A stretch of DNA of 40,415 nucleotides from Acidimicrobiia bacterium. Lineage in GTDB: Bacteria; Actinomycetota; Acidimicrobiia; IMCC26256; JAGPDB01. The notes beneath the pieces are model-generated. The model saw nothing but the letters and a program-made list of their open reading frames with translations, ran no database searches and had not been told where the DNA came from. Below, piece by piece: positions 1 through 7,241 of the stretch. The stretch's first letter is position 1, and every line of letters begins with the position of its first letter. Location of the stretch: assembly GCA_035329685.1 (NCBI GenBank), contig DAOLGI010000001.1, forward strand, positions 33,824 through 74,238, in the 5' to 3' direction. The translations under genes and the position numbers were made by a program.

Positions 1-101
1 GTGTATCGATGTTGATCCTTGTTGGTGTTGCACTTGAAACGATGAAGCAGATTGACGCTCAGATGTCGTTGCGCAATTATGAGGGCTTTCTTTCTAAGTG
101 A
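1..101 (+). CDS. secY: Preprotein translocase SecY, C-terminal end (5' part lies outside the window)
   Basis: Frame 3 reads ..[29 protein letters not shown] with stop TGA at 99-101, which is the conserved SecY C-terminus. It is followed by adk, as in the spc operon. Confidence 0.8.
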   Translation, partial: VSMLILVGVALETMKQIDAQMSLRNYEGFLSK

Positions 102-122
102 TTGAGCGCTAGCGCTCAATCA
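99..122. repeat. 24-nt perfect palindrome overlapping the secY stop codon
   Basis: TGATTGAGCGCT/AGCGCTCAATCA is exactly self-complementary. Its first three bases are the secY TGA. Confidence 0.9.
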
Positions 123-190
123 TCCTGAGTGAGAGCCGACCGAAGGGAGTCCTGAGTTTTACGAAGGACCTCGACGAAGGATCTCGACTT
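119..190 (+). repeat. Rep-A composite copy (two CCTGAG units plus two GAAGGA units)
   Basis: AATCATCCTGAGTGAGAGCCGACCGAAGGGAGTCCTGAGTTTTACGAAGGACCTCGACGAAGGATCTCGAC. It is about 80% identical to 1678-1745. Confidence 0.85.
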
Positions 191-198
191 ACAGTAAG

Positions 199-240
199 AG
201 GTCTGTCCGCACTTTCCGTGAGGACAGACCTTACGTTTTT
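199..240 (+). terminator. Intrinsic-terminator-like hairpin between secY and adk
   Basis: 10-bp stem AGGTCTGTCC (199-208) / GGACAGACCT (222-231) with a 13-nt loop, then TACGTTTTT. Confidence 0.5.
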
Positions 241-242
241 GG

Positions 243-307
243 ATCGTGTAACAACTGAACGGCCTGCTGATGCGTCGTCGCGTGCGGGGAGGGTCGCACC
301 TGCTTGG
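243..307 (-). repeat. Rep-C half unit (right arm, C-tract, linker and tail)
   Basis: The minus strand reads CCAAGCAGGTGCGACCCTCCCC-GCACGCGACGACGCAT-CAGCAGGCCGTTCAGTTGTTACACGAT. Confidence 0.75.
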
Positions 308-313
308 AATAAT

Positions 314-479
314 CTCGTGACAACTGAACGAACTGCCAACACGCCGATTTTTGTGGGGAGGGTCCGACTAGTCATCCTGAGTTTACGAAGGATCTCAACT
401 TCGTTGACCACTTCGATTTTGAGATCCTTCGGCTAAAGCCTCAGGACGACTGTGTCGCTTTTCCAAGATCAGACCCTAA
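314..479 (-). repeat. Rep-C full unit whose hairpin apex is interrupted by a Rep-A copy
   Basis: The minus strand reads TTAGGGTCTGATCTTGGAAAAGCGAC..[Rep-A 450-371]..TAGTCGGACCCTCCCC-ACAAAAATCGGCGTGTTG-GCAGTTCGTTCAGTTGTCACGAG. Confidence 0.8.
371..450. repeat. Rep-A two-armed copy nested in the apex of a Rep-C hairpin
   Basis: GTCATCCTGAG..GAAGGATCTCAA / TTGAGATCCTTC..CTCAGGACGAC form an 80-nt inverted repeat. Confidence 0.85.
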
Positions 480-551
480 CTGTGCACAGTTGTTGCCGGG
501 TTGGTGCGACATAGTGGGCAATCAGCCCCTATAGTCTTTGTCTAATTCACT

Positions 552-1226
552 ATGACGCAAGCACCTCGAATCATTCTTTTTGGCAAGCAGGGAGCCGGTA
601 AAGGTACCCAGGCTGAGCTGTTGGTTGCGCACTTCGCATTGGAACATTTGTCGACGGGCGAAATCTTCCGTACCGCTATTCGTCAGGGTACACCTGCAGG
701 TCGCGAAGCACGATCCTTTCTTGATCAAGGCGAGCTTGTCCCTGATGATACTGTCATCAAGGTTGTACAAGAAAAGTTTGAAACGATGCCTGAACTTCTT
801 ACAAAAGGTTTCGTTCTCGATGGGTTTCCTCGCACTAATGTTCAAGCAGTTGCGCTAGAAGTTCTCCTGAAAGAAAAGAATTCACCACTGCATTGCGCAA
901 TCAATGTGGAAGTTGATAGTGATGTTGTGCTCAAACGCTTAACGGGTCGTCGTGTGTGTATTGAGTGTGGGACAAATTATCATGTTGAGCGTCCGCCTAA
1001 AGAACAATGGATTTGTGATCGATGTGGGGGAGAAGTTCGCCAACGTTCTGATGATAGCGAACTTGCTATTAAGCGACGACTTGAGATTTACGAAAAAGAA
1101 ACGCAACCGCTTTTGGCATTCTATGAAGATCGTGGTTTACTTGAAATAGTGGACGGTCTAGGAACAACAGAAGTGGTTTTTTCTCGCATCACTGAAGTTG
1201 TAGATCGACGATCTCAATCCCTCTAG
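552..1226 (+). CDS. adk: Adenylate kinase (zinc-binding LID type)
   Basis: 224-aa ORF with P-loop GKQGAGKGTQ and a LID carrying CIECG..CDRCGG (four Cys). It sits right after secY. Confidence 0.95.
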   Translation: MTQAPRIILFGKQGAGKGTQAELLVAHFALEHLSTGEIFRTAIRQGTPAGREARSFLDQGELVPDDTVIKVVQEKFETMPELLTKGFVLDGFPRTNVQAVALEVLLKEKNSPLHCAINVEVDSDVVLKRLTGRRVCIECGTNYHVERPPKEQWICDRCGGEVRQRSDDSELAIKRRLEIYEKETQPLLAFYEDRGLLEIVDGLGTTEVVFSRITEVVDRRSQSL

Positions 1227-1359
1227 CATTGAGGGCTCAGCCCATCACTGTATCCAGCATTATTGCCCCTTGTCCTCAGAAAGTGCACACTTTATTCATT
1301 GATAGATAATTGATAATCACGAACTGAGATTTCTCATGCAATGATCTGACTTTTAGGAA

Positions 1360-1590
1360 CTATGAACTTTTGTCTTTTGCGGGTGATGATCCTGATGCAC
1401 CCGCTTTTCTTAATTCCTTTGCCCTTGTTGGCCTCGGGTAAATATCCTGGACCTCGTGGCAGGGCACAACGACAACTTTGTGGCTACAATCACAACACTT
1501 AAACCGCTGTTTAGACCCACTTGCTTTACCGTTTCGAACCATTTTCAAAGACCCACAAGCAACACACCGAACACAAGCTTTTTCATCAAC
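1360..1590 (-). pseudogene. Relic of an IS1/IS1595-type transposase N-terminal zinc ribbon
   Basis: The minus-strand frame, open from the stop at 1591-1593, reads VDEKACVRCVACGSLKMVRNGKASGSKQRFKCCDCSHKV. This is a CxxC-x18-CxxC pattern that resembles the InsA-like motif VRNGK..G.QR%.C..C. The first CxxC lies upstream of any ATG/GTG/TTG start, and no HTH or catalytic part follows. Confidence 0.35.
1379..1411 (+). terminator. Intrinsic-terminator-like hairpin downstream of adk
   Basis: GCGGGTG (1379-1385) / CACCCGC (1398-1404) with a 12-nt loop, followed by TTTTCTT. Confidence 0.5.
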
Positions 1591-1677
1591 CTATGATGCC
1601 CCAAGCATGCAACCCACACAAAACGAGTATCTACCAGGACGAACACGCGAAAACATCAACACTTAATGAGTATTACT

Positions 1678-1745
1678 CCCATCCTGAACCGACCGTAGGG
1701 AGTCCTGAGTGAAACGAAGGAGCTCGCGAAGGATATCCGCGCAGC
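1678..1745 (+). repeat. Rep-A composite copy
   Basis: CCCATCCTGAACCGACCGTAGGGAGTCCTGAGTGAAACGAAGGAGCTCGCGAAGGATATCCGCGCAGCG, collinear with 119-190. Confidence 0.85.
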
Positions 1746-1909
1746 GCAAGAACGAGACACCTTTCCAGCGGAATTCGCCGATGACAGGGCAAATAGTCTA
1801 ATATTGTCCCTCGTCTCAAAACCGAGAATGTTGTGCTGCGGCAATGGCACAGATTCTCACCCGAAAATAACGATGTCATTTTTTCGCGAGAAAAAACGAT
1901 GATGATGGA

Positions 1910-2140
1910 GTGGACTTGTCCAAAGATAAAGAAGATGTCATTGTGCTTGATGGCACAGTCACCGAAGCTTTGGGTAATGCAATGTTTCGAGTTGAACTCG
2001 AAAATGGTCACAAAATCATCGCGCAGATATCAGGAAAAATGAGAATGCACTACATTCGAATTCTTCCCGGAGATAAAGTCCAAGTTGAGCTCACTACATA
2101 TGATCTCAATCAGGGCCGCATCACCTATCGGTATAAATAA
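1910..2140 (+). CDS. infA: Translation initiation factor IF-1
   Basis: GTG start, 76 aa. The sequence [52 protein letters not shown] is the IF-1 signature. Confidence 0.95.
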   Translation: MDLSKDKEDVIVLDGTVTEALGNAMFRVELENGHKIIAQISGKMRMHYIRILPGDKVQVELTTYDLNQGRITYRYK

Positions 2141-2192
2141 TTTGAGAACTCACTTCGTAGCACATACAAGATTGAACCAAAAAGGTAAATAA

Positions 2193-2306
2193 ATGAAAGT
2201 TCGTCCGTCCGTAAAAAAGATGTGTGAGAAGTGTCGCGTTATTCGTCGACACGGATCTGTACGCGTCATTTGTGAAAACCCACGACACAAACAACGTCAA
2301 GGGTAA
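2193..2306 (+). CDS. rpmJ: 50S ribosomal protein L36
   Basis: Absent from the ORF track because it is only 37 aa. Hand translation gives [37 protein letters not shown], with ATG at 2193 and TAA at 2304-2306. It sits between infA and rpsM. Confidence 0.95.
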   Translation: MKVRPSVKKMCEKCRVIRRHGSVRVICENPRHKQRQG

Positions 2307-2342
2307 TTGTTTTTACAATTAAGAAAGGTACTGAAGGTTTCT

Positions 2343-2720
2343 ATGGCACGTATCGCCGGCGTCGACATTCCCCGCGAAAAGCGGATCGACATCTCTCTCT
2401 CTTATATATATGGAATTGGACGCAGAACTGCTCTCCAAATCTGTGAAGCAACCAACCTTCCCGGTCAGACGCGTGTTCGCGATCTTTCCGAAGAAGAAGT
2501 GGCCAAGCTTCGTCAGTACATCGACGCAAACGTCAAAGTTGAAGGTGACCTTCGACGAGATGTTTCACAAAACATTAAACGAAAAATGGAAATCGGCTGT
2601 TACGTCGGTATTCGCCACCGTCGTGGTCTTCCTGTTCGCGGGCAACGCACAAGCACCAATGCTCGTACGCGAAAGGGACCAAAGAAGACAGTGGCCGGTA
2701 AGAAGAAGGTAACTAAGTAA
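2343..2720 (+). CDS. rpsM: 30S ribosomal protein S13
   Basis: Starts [15 protein letters not shown] chose ATG 2343 over the TTG 2307 start in the ORF track. The stop overlaps the rpsK ATG. Confidence 0.95.
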   Translation: MARIAGVDIPREKRIDISLSYIYGIGRRTALQICEATNLPGQTRVRDLSEEEVAKLRQYIDANVKVEGDLRRDVSQNIKRKMEIGCYVGIRHRRGLPVRGQRTSTNARTRKGPKKTVAGKKKVTK

Positions 2721-3115
2721 TGGCGACTCCTACTAAAACTCGCCGCCCTAAGAAAAAAGAACGTAAAGACGTTTTCTATGGTGTGGCACATATCAAGAGC
2801 TCCTTTAATAACACGATTGTTTCGTTTTCTGACCAGCAGGGAAATGTCATCTGTTGGGCAAGTTCCGGACAGGTCGGATTCAAAGGCTCACGAAAGTCAA
2901 CTCCCTATGCTGCTCAACTTGTTGCAGAACAAGCTGGCAAGGCTGCAATGGAACACGGCGTGAAAAAAGTTGATGTTCTCGTTAAAGGTCCTGGATCTGG
3001 CCGCGAAACAGCAATCCGTTCTATCCAAGCTCTCGGCATCGAAGTTGTGGGTATCAAAGATGTCACCCCACTGCCTCATAATGGATGTCGTTTACCTAAG
3101 AGACGGAGGGTATAA
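2720..3115 (+). CDS. rpsK: 30S ribosomal protein S11
   Basis: 131 aa containing [30 protein letters not shown] and [13 protein letters not shown]. Confidence 0.95.
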   Translation: MATPTKTRRPKKKERKDVFYGVAHIKSSFNNTIVSFSDQQGNVICWASSGQVGFKGSRKSTPYAAQLVAEQAGKAAMEHGVKKVDVLVKGPGSGRETAIRSIQALGIEVVGIKDVTPLPHNGCRLPKRRRV

Positions 3116-3117
3116 GC

Positions 3118-3741
3118 ATGGCTCGTTATACCGGACCCGTATGTCGTTTGTGTCGTCGCGAACGAATGAAGTTATTTCTCAAGGGCGCAAAGTGTGACTC
3201 AATGAAGTGCCCAATCGAACGTCGCCCTTACCCTCCAGGCCAACACGGTCGTGGGCGAGTGCGTGAAACCGAGTACTTACTCCAGTTGCGTGAAAAGCAG
3301 AAGGCTCGTCGTATTTACGGTGTGCTCGAAAAGCAATTCCGTATTACTTTCAAGGAAGCTGCACGTCGTGCAGGTAAGACGGGTGACAATCTTCTTCAGA
3401 TTCTTGAATCGCGTCTCGACAACGTTGTTTTCCGTTCCGGTTTTGCAGCGTCTCGTTCGCAAGCTCGCCAGTTCATTCGACATGGTCACATTCACGTCAA
3501 TGGCAAGCGCGTCGACATTCCTAGCTACCAGTTACTCAAGGGCGATGTTATTGCTTTGACTTCTCGTGCGAAAGAAATGATCGTTGTCCGTCACTCCATC
3601 GAAGTTGTTGACCACACTCCACCGATGTGGATCGAAGTCAACAAGAACGATGCCAAAATTACCATTTCTGAATTACCGATCCGAGAACAGATCGACGTTC
3701 CTGTCCGCGAACAGCTCATCGTCGAGTTGTACTCGAAGTAG
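3118..3741 (+). CDS. rpsD: 30S ribosomal protein S4
   Basis: 207 aa starting MARYTGPVCRLCRRERMKLFLKG, with an S4 domain at the C-terminus. Confidence 0.95.
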   Translation: MARYTGPVCRLCRRERMKLFLKGAKCDSMKCPIERRPYPPGQHGRGRVRETEYLLQLREKQKARRIYGVLEKQFRITFKEAARRAGKTGDNLLQILESRLDNVVFRSGFAASRSQARQFIRHGHIHVNGKRVDIPSYQLLKGDVIALTSRAKEMIVVRHSIEVVDHTPPMWIEVNKNDAKITISELPIREQIDVPVREQLIVELYSK

Positions 3742-3785
3742 TAGCTCCTCGCTAACTGCACCAACCTCTTAAATAAGGAGAACAC

Positions 3786-4721
3786 ATGCTCATCATCCAA
3801 CGACCTGAGGTAGAAGCCGGCGAACAAATCGGCAACACCTGTAAGTTCACGATCTCACCACTCGAACCTGGGTTTGGTCAGACATTAGGTAACTCCATTC
3901 GTCGCACCTTGCTGTCATCGATTCCCGGTACAGCGGTTTCTCAAGTGCGTTTTGACACCGTTCTCCATGAGTTCGACGTTATTGCTGGCGTGAAGGAAGA
4001 CGTTACAGACGTTATTTTGAACATTAAAGACATCGTGTTGACTTCTTTTTCAGATGAAGCAATCACAGCACGTATCGACAAAACAGGGCCTGGTCAAGTT
4101 ACTGCCGGAGACATTGAAGTGTCTTCTGAAGTAACGATCATTAATCCTGATCTTGTTATTGCAAACTTAAACGACAAAGCACACTTTGCCTGTGACTTAA
4201 CGATCGAGCAAGGTCGTGGTTACCAGAGCGTGGATCGTGCAAAGGGAACATCAACGATCGGTGTTATACCTATTGATGCGATTTTCTCACCAGTACGTCG
4301 AGTGAGCTATGCAGTAGCTCCAACCCGTGTAGAACAAGCAACAAACTTCGACGAACTCACTGTTGAGATTGAGACCGATGGTTCCATGACTCCTCGTGAG
4401 GCACTTGCAAGCGCAACATCGACTTTGCAAAACCTTATGGGTCTTATCTCAGAACTTTCTGAGAACCCTCAGGGTCTTGAACTTGGTGAACTTGCTCCTG
4501 CAAGCACAACATCGCCTGACCTTGATCTTTCGGTTGACGAACTCGACCTTTCGGAACGTCCTCGCAACTGCTTGCGTCGTGCGCGTCTTGAAACAATCGG
4601 TCAATTGTTGGCCATGAGTGCAGAAGAGCTTCTCGCTCTTACCAACTTCGGTCAAAAGTCGCTTGATGAAATCATCGAGAAACTTGATGAGCGCGGCTTG
4701 GCACTCCCTAACAAGCACTAA
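3786..4721 (+). CDS. rpoA: DNA-directed RNA polymerase alpha subunit
   Basis: 311 aa containing GNSIRRTLLSSIPG. The C-terminal domain has LSERPRNCLRRARLETIGQL. An AAGGAG Shine-Dalgarno sequence lies upstream. Confidence 0.95.
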   Translation: MLIIQRPEVEAGEQIGNTCKFTISPLEPGFGQTLGNSIRRTLLSSIPGTAVSQVRFDTVLHEFDVIAGVKEDVTDVILNIKDIVLTSFSDEAITARIDKTGPGQVTAGDIEVSSEVTIINPDLVIANLNDKAHFACDLTIEQGRGYQSVDRAKGTSTIGVIPIDAIFSPVRRVSYAVAPTRVEQATNFDELTVEIETDGSMTPREALASATSTLQNLMGLISELSENPQGLELGELAPASTTSPDLDLSVDELDLSERPRNCLRRARLETIGQLLAMSAEELLALTNFGQKSLDEIIEKLDERGLALPNKH

Positions 4722-4756
4722 TTAATACGCGAAGATAGCAGAGAAGGCAAACAACT

Positions 4757-5110
4757 ATGGCTACTCCAAAGAAGGGTCCACGTCTCGGGCGCGACCCCAA
4801 ACACCAGAAGCTCATTGTTTCTACAATGGCGCGACAGTTCTTCACGCATGGTGCAATGGAAACAACCCTTGCTAAAGCTAAGCACATGCGCCCCGAATTG
4901 GAACGTATGATTACCAAAGCACGTAAGGGAAACAACCAACACGTTCAACGACAGCTCGTTGCTGTTCTTCGTGACAAAGGTGTTGCACACAAGCTCGTAG
5001 AAGAGATTGCACCGAAATACGCAACTCGCCAAGGTGGATACACTCGCATCTTGAAGCTTGGGCCACGTGATGGTGACCGTGCAATGATGGCGCGCATCGA
5101 ACTCGTCTGA
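4757..5110 (+). CDS. rplQ: 50S ribosomal protein L17
   Basis: 117 aa containing GGYTRILKLGPRDGDRAMMARIELV. It sits after rpoA. Confidence 0.95.
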   Translation: MATPKKGPRLGRDPKHQKLIVSTMARQFFTHGAMETTLAKAKHMRPELERMITKARKGNNQHVQRQLVAVLRDKGVAHKLVEEIAPKYATRQGGYTRILKLGPRDGDRAMMARIELV

Positions 5111-5179
5111 GTTTTCTGTCGAACCGCAGGCAAAGCCTGACGGTTCTCGCGGTCGCTCCTCCGATCGCTCCCTGTGACT
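5111..5179 (+). repeat. Rep-B copy directly after the rplQ stop
   Basis: GTTTTCTGTCGAACCGCAGGCAAAGCCTGACGGTTCTCGCGGTCGCTCCTCCGATCGCTCCCTGTGACT. Confidence 0.9.
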
Positions 5180-5180
5180 C

Positions 5181-5244
5181 CATTGTCGACGAGTACGCAA
5201 AGCGCACACGTCTCGCGGTCGCTCGTCCCTCGCTCCCTGTGACT
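5181..5244 (+). repeat. Rep-B diverged tandem copy
   Basis: CATTGTCGACGAGTACGCAAAGCGCACACGTCTCGCGGTCGCTCGTCCCTCGCTCCCTGTGACT. The 3' half is conserved and the 5' hairpin is rebuilt with different bases. Confidence 0.8.
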
Positions 5245-5247
5245 GTC

Positions 5248-5283
5248 GTCATCCTGAGCTTGCGAAGGATCTCCGCGCAGCGG
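5248..5283 (+). repeat. Rep-A left-arm copy
   Basis: GTCATCCTGAGCTTGCGAAGGATCTCCGCGCAGCGG. Confidence 0.8.
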
Positions 5284-5303
5284 GATAAATCGGAGTCACA
5301 AGA

Positions 5304-5382
5304 CTCGATACAAGTGAACGAACTGCTGCGAACACGTTGCTTTTGGGGAGGGCCGCACCTGCACAGCAGGAACGACCCTATA
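5304..5382 (-). repeat. Rep-C minimal unit (5-nt apex) just upstream of truA
   Basis: The minus strand reads TATAGGGTCGTTCCTG-CTGTG-CAGGTGCGGCCCTCCCC-AAAAGCAACGTGTTC-GCAGCAGTTCGTTCACTTGTATCGAG. Confidence 0.85.
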
Positions 5383-5393
5383 GTAGATAACTC

Positions 5394-6209
5394 ATGAAAA
5401 ACTTTCGTGCCATCATTTCTTATAACGGATCCAAATTTCATGGGGTTGCTGAACAGGTGACACAGCCCGGTCAAACACCTGTACGAACAGTTGTGGGGGA
5501 GTTGCGGGCAGTTATTGAGATGGTTGCGCAAGCTAGTCCTTCAATTGTTGTGTCAGGGCGCACCGATAAAGGTGTTCATGCTCGTGAGCAAGTTATTTCT
5601 TTTAGTTTTCCTGAGAATTTAACGATTGATCTTGATCGTCTGATGCATGTGTGCAATAAGCGGTTAGGCCCGGAAGTCGTAGTGCACGAAATAGTGGAAG
5701 CACGCGAAGATTTCAATGCGCGTTATAACGCGAAGGCTCGAACGTATCGCTACTTTATTGATAACAGTGCGCAGGCGAACCTCTTTCTTGCTGACTATGC
5801 GTGGAATGTAAGTGCTCCGCTTGATCTTGATGCTATGAAGAGTGCAGCTAAGTGCTTTGTGGGCGAGCAGGATTTTTCGAGCGTATGTCGCGCCGACGAT
5901 TCCATTTCACACAACATCCGCGAAGTCTTCTCAGCTGATTTTATTGAAGTGGACTACCCTGAAATTTTCTCTATGCCAGCTTTGCAGGGTCAGACCCTGC
6001 AAAGTAGCAGCTTGTTGTGCTTTGAGATTTCGGCCAATGCTTTCTGTTGGCAGATGGTGCGCTCAATTGTCGGAGTTCTCGTTGATGTTGGGCGAGGAAA
6101 AATATCTCCTCATGACATCACTGCTCTCCTCGAGAATAAAGATCGTCGAACAAACACAAGCCAGCTCGCTCCAGCGCATGGTCTTACCTTGTGGCATGTT
6201 AAGTATTAA
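5394..6209 (+). CDS. truA: tRNA pseudouridine(38-40) synthase TruA
   Basis: 271 aa containing GRTDKGVHA (catalytic Asp motif), FCWQMVRSIVG and APAHGLTL. It carries an in-frame repeat fragment at 5980-6003. Confidence 0.9.
   Translation: MKNFRAIISYNGSKFHGVAEQVTQPGQTPVRTVVGELRAVIEMVAQASPSIVVSGRTDKGVHAREQVISFSFPENLTIDLDRLMHVCNKRLGPEVVVHEIVEAREDFNARYNAKARTYRYFIDNSAQANLFLADYAWNVSAPLDLDAMKSAAKCFVGEQDFSSVCRADDSISHNIREVFSADFIEVDYPEIFSMPALQGQTLQSSSLLCFEISANAFCWQMVRSIVGVLVDVGRGKISPHDITALLENKDRRTNTSQLAPAHGLTLWHVKY
5980..6003 (+). repeat. Rep-C-derived palindrome embedded in frame in truA
   Basis: CTTTGCAGGGTCAGACCCTGCAAA is identical over 24 nt to 13437-13460. Confidence 0.85.
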
Positions 6210-7081
6210 ACACGCTCATTTATGAAGGTGCGTTGAAGAAATCGCCTCTCTGATGGATTCCGTGCAGGTTTAAATGCTTCCCGACCATGCGGAGAAACGC
6301 CGTTTACAAAAGCTAGAAACTCTCCAGGTTCAAGAATGATGTCCGTGGCAACATGTTTACATGCAGAAAATAGGCTTAGTAATGCTGATGATTCTCTCGA
6401 TGCGTAGGGCGTATGTGTTCCAGCGGACAGACGAGCGGTGATTCCACTCCCTTTTTGAGTCAATATCGGAACAGGGTTCTTTGTAGGGTCGGACCCTCTA
6501 ACAAAAGTGAACACAGGGCTTCTTAGAATGTCGATAGTTTCTGCATCGAGTTCTGCAAGGACATCGGCTAGCGAGACGACGAGTGTTTTAGCACGCTCAC
6601 CGTTTTTATAACATCCAAGAATTACGATATCGGGTATTTCATCAGTGTCTGGGTTGGATGCTTGATCGGTATGAAAACCAAATCGCTGTTGTGATCCTAA
6701 ACCTGTATTCTTCTTACCGTTGTGACGCTTGAGAGGAAACACGTCTTGTGCAAGAACCCCAAACTGTTGATCCTCTATTCCAAAAGGTGTGCCTAGAGAA
6801 CACGCTATTGCGAGATGCAATAAGCCAAACCGTGTTCGTTCTCGTCGATCATCTGACTGAGGTGCTCGTGGAGCAGGTCTCATTAAATCAGAAGCAAAAT
6901 ACCGTCGTTGTTGATTAGTTAATGTAAGGACAACTTGATCAGTACCTGGGGTAATGGAAGGAACTGATTCTCGTAACATTTCAAGTGCTTCACGCTCCCT
7001 ACCCGGCTTAAGTAGTCTGCGAGGCGCATTAATAGCTAATCCCGCGAAGGTGTCGTCGACATGAATCCGTTCAATTGCCAT
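6206..7081 (-). CDS. Fe(II)/2-oxoglutarate-dependent oxygenase, TauD/clavaminate-synthase-like (possible amino-acid hydroxylase)
   Basis: 291 aa with an HxD facial-triad motif (FHTDQA), a distal His/Arg (SPHGREAF) and GVLAQDVFP, as in CAS-like hydroxylases. It is the only minus-strand gene in the r-protein block. Confidence 0.6.
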   Translation of the reverse strand: MAIERIHVDDTFAGLAINAPRRLLKPGREREALEMLRESVPSITPGTDQVVLTLTNQQRRYFASDLMRPAPRAPQSDDRRERTRFGLLHLAIACSLGTPFGIEDQQFGVLAQDVFPLKRHNGKKNTGLGSQQRFGFHTDQASNPDTDEIPDIVILGCYKNGERAKTLVVSLADVLAELDAETIDILRSPVFTFVRGSDPTKNPVPILTQKGSGITARLSAGTHTPYASRESSALLSLFSACKHVATDIILEPGEFLAFVNGVSPHGREAFKPARNPSERRFLQRTFINERV

Positions 7082-7241
7082 TTATCCAGTTTAAATGGGT
7101 TAATTGCCATTTGACCACTCTGCAATGCTCCACATTGCCTGAATAGCTTCTTAGGCACTAGATTTATAGGTCCTTGTGCGGACGATACTCTCGTTTTTTC
7201 CGCTACATACATACACGAAAAATCTTCACGAAGAGGAACAT

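Noticed and set aside
5117-5146. A tRNA-like or T-loop-like appearance of GTCGAACC..GGTTC in Rep-B.
   Set aside because: There is no cloverleaf, no acceptor stem, no anticodon arm and no GTTCGAATC-type T-loop. It is a simple 11-bp bulged hairpin.
5111-5179. Rep-B and Rep-C hairpins as ordinary Rho-independent terminators.
   Set aside because: None is followed by a U-tract. Several lie in the antisense orientation or upstream of genes, and conserved non-stem modules (the direct repeats and the 20-nt tail) are not explained by termination. An mRNA 3'-end stabilising role remains possible.
4911-5531. A 206-aa minus-strand ORF, and another at 4718-5209, spanning the rplQ-truA spacer. A similar 104-aa ORF lies at 38355-38669.
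   Set aside because: Their only conserved parts (..RERSEERPREPSG.. and ..SQGAIGGATARTV..) are translations of Rep-B copies read through on the antisense strand. The flanks overlap real genes, so the similarity between them comes from the DNA repeat, not from a protein family.
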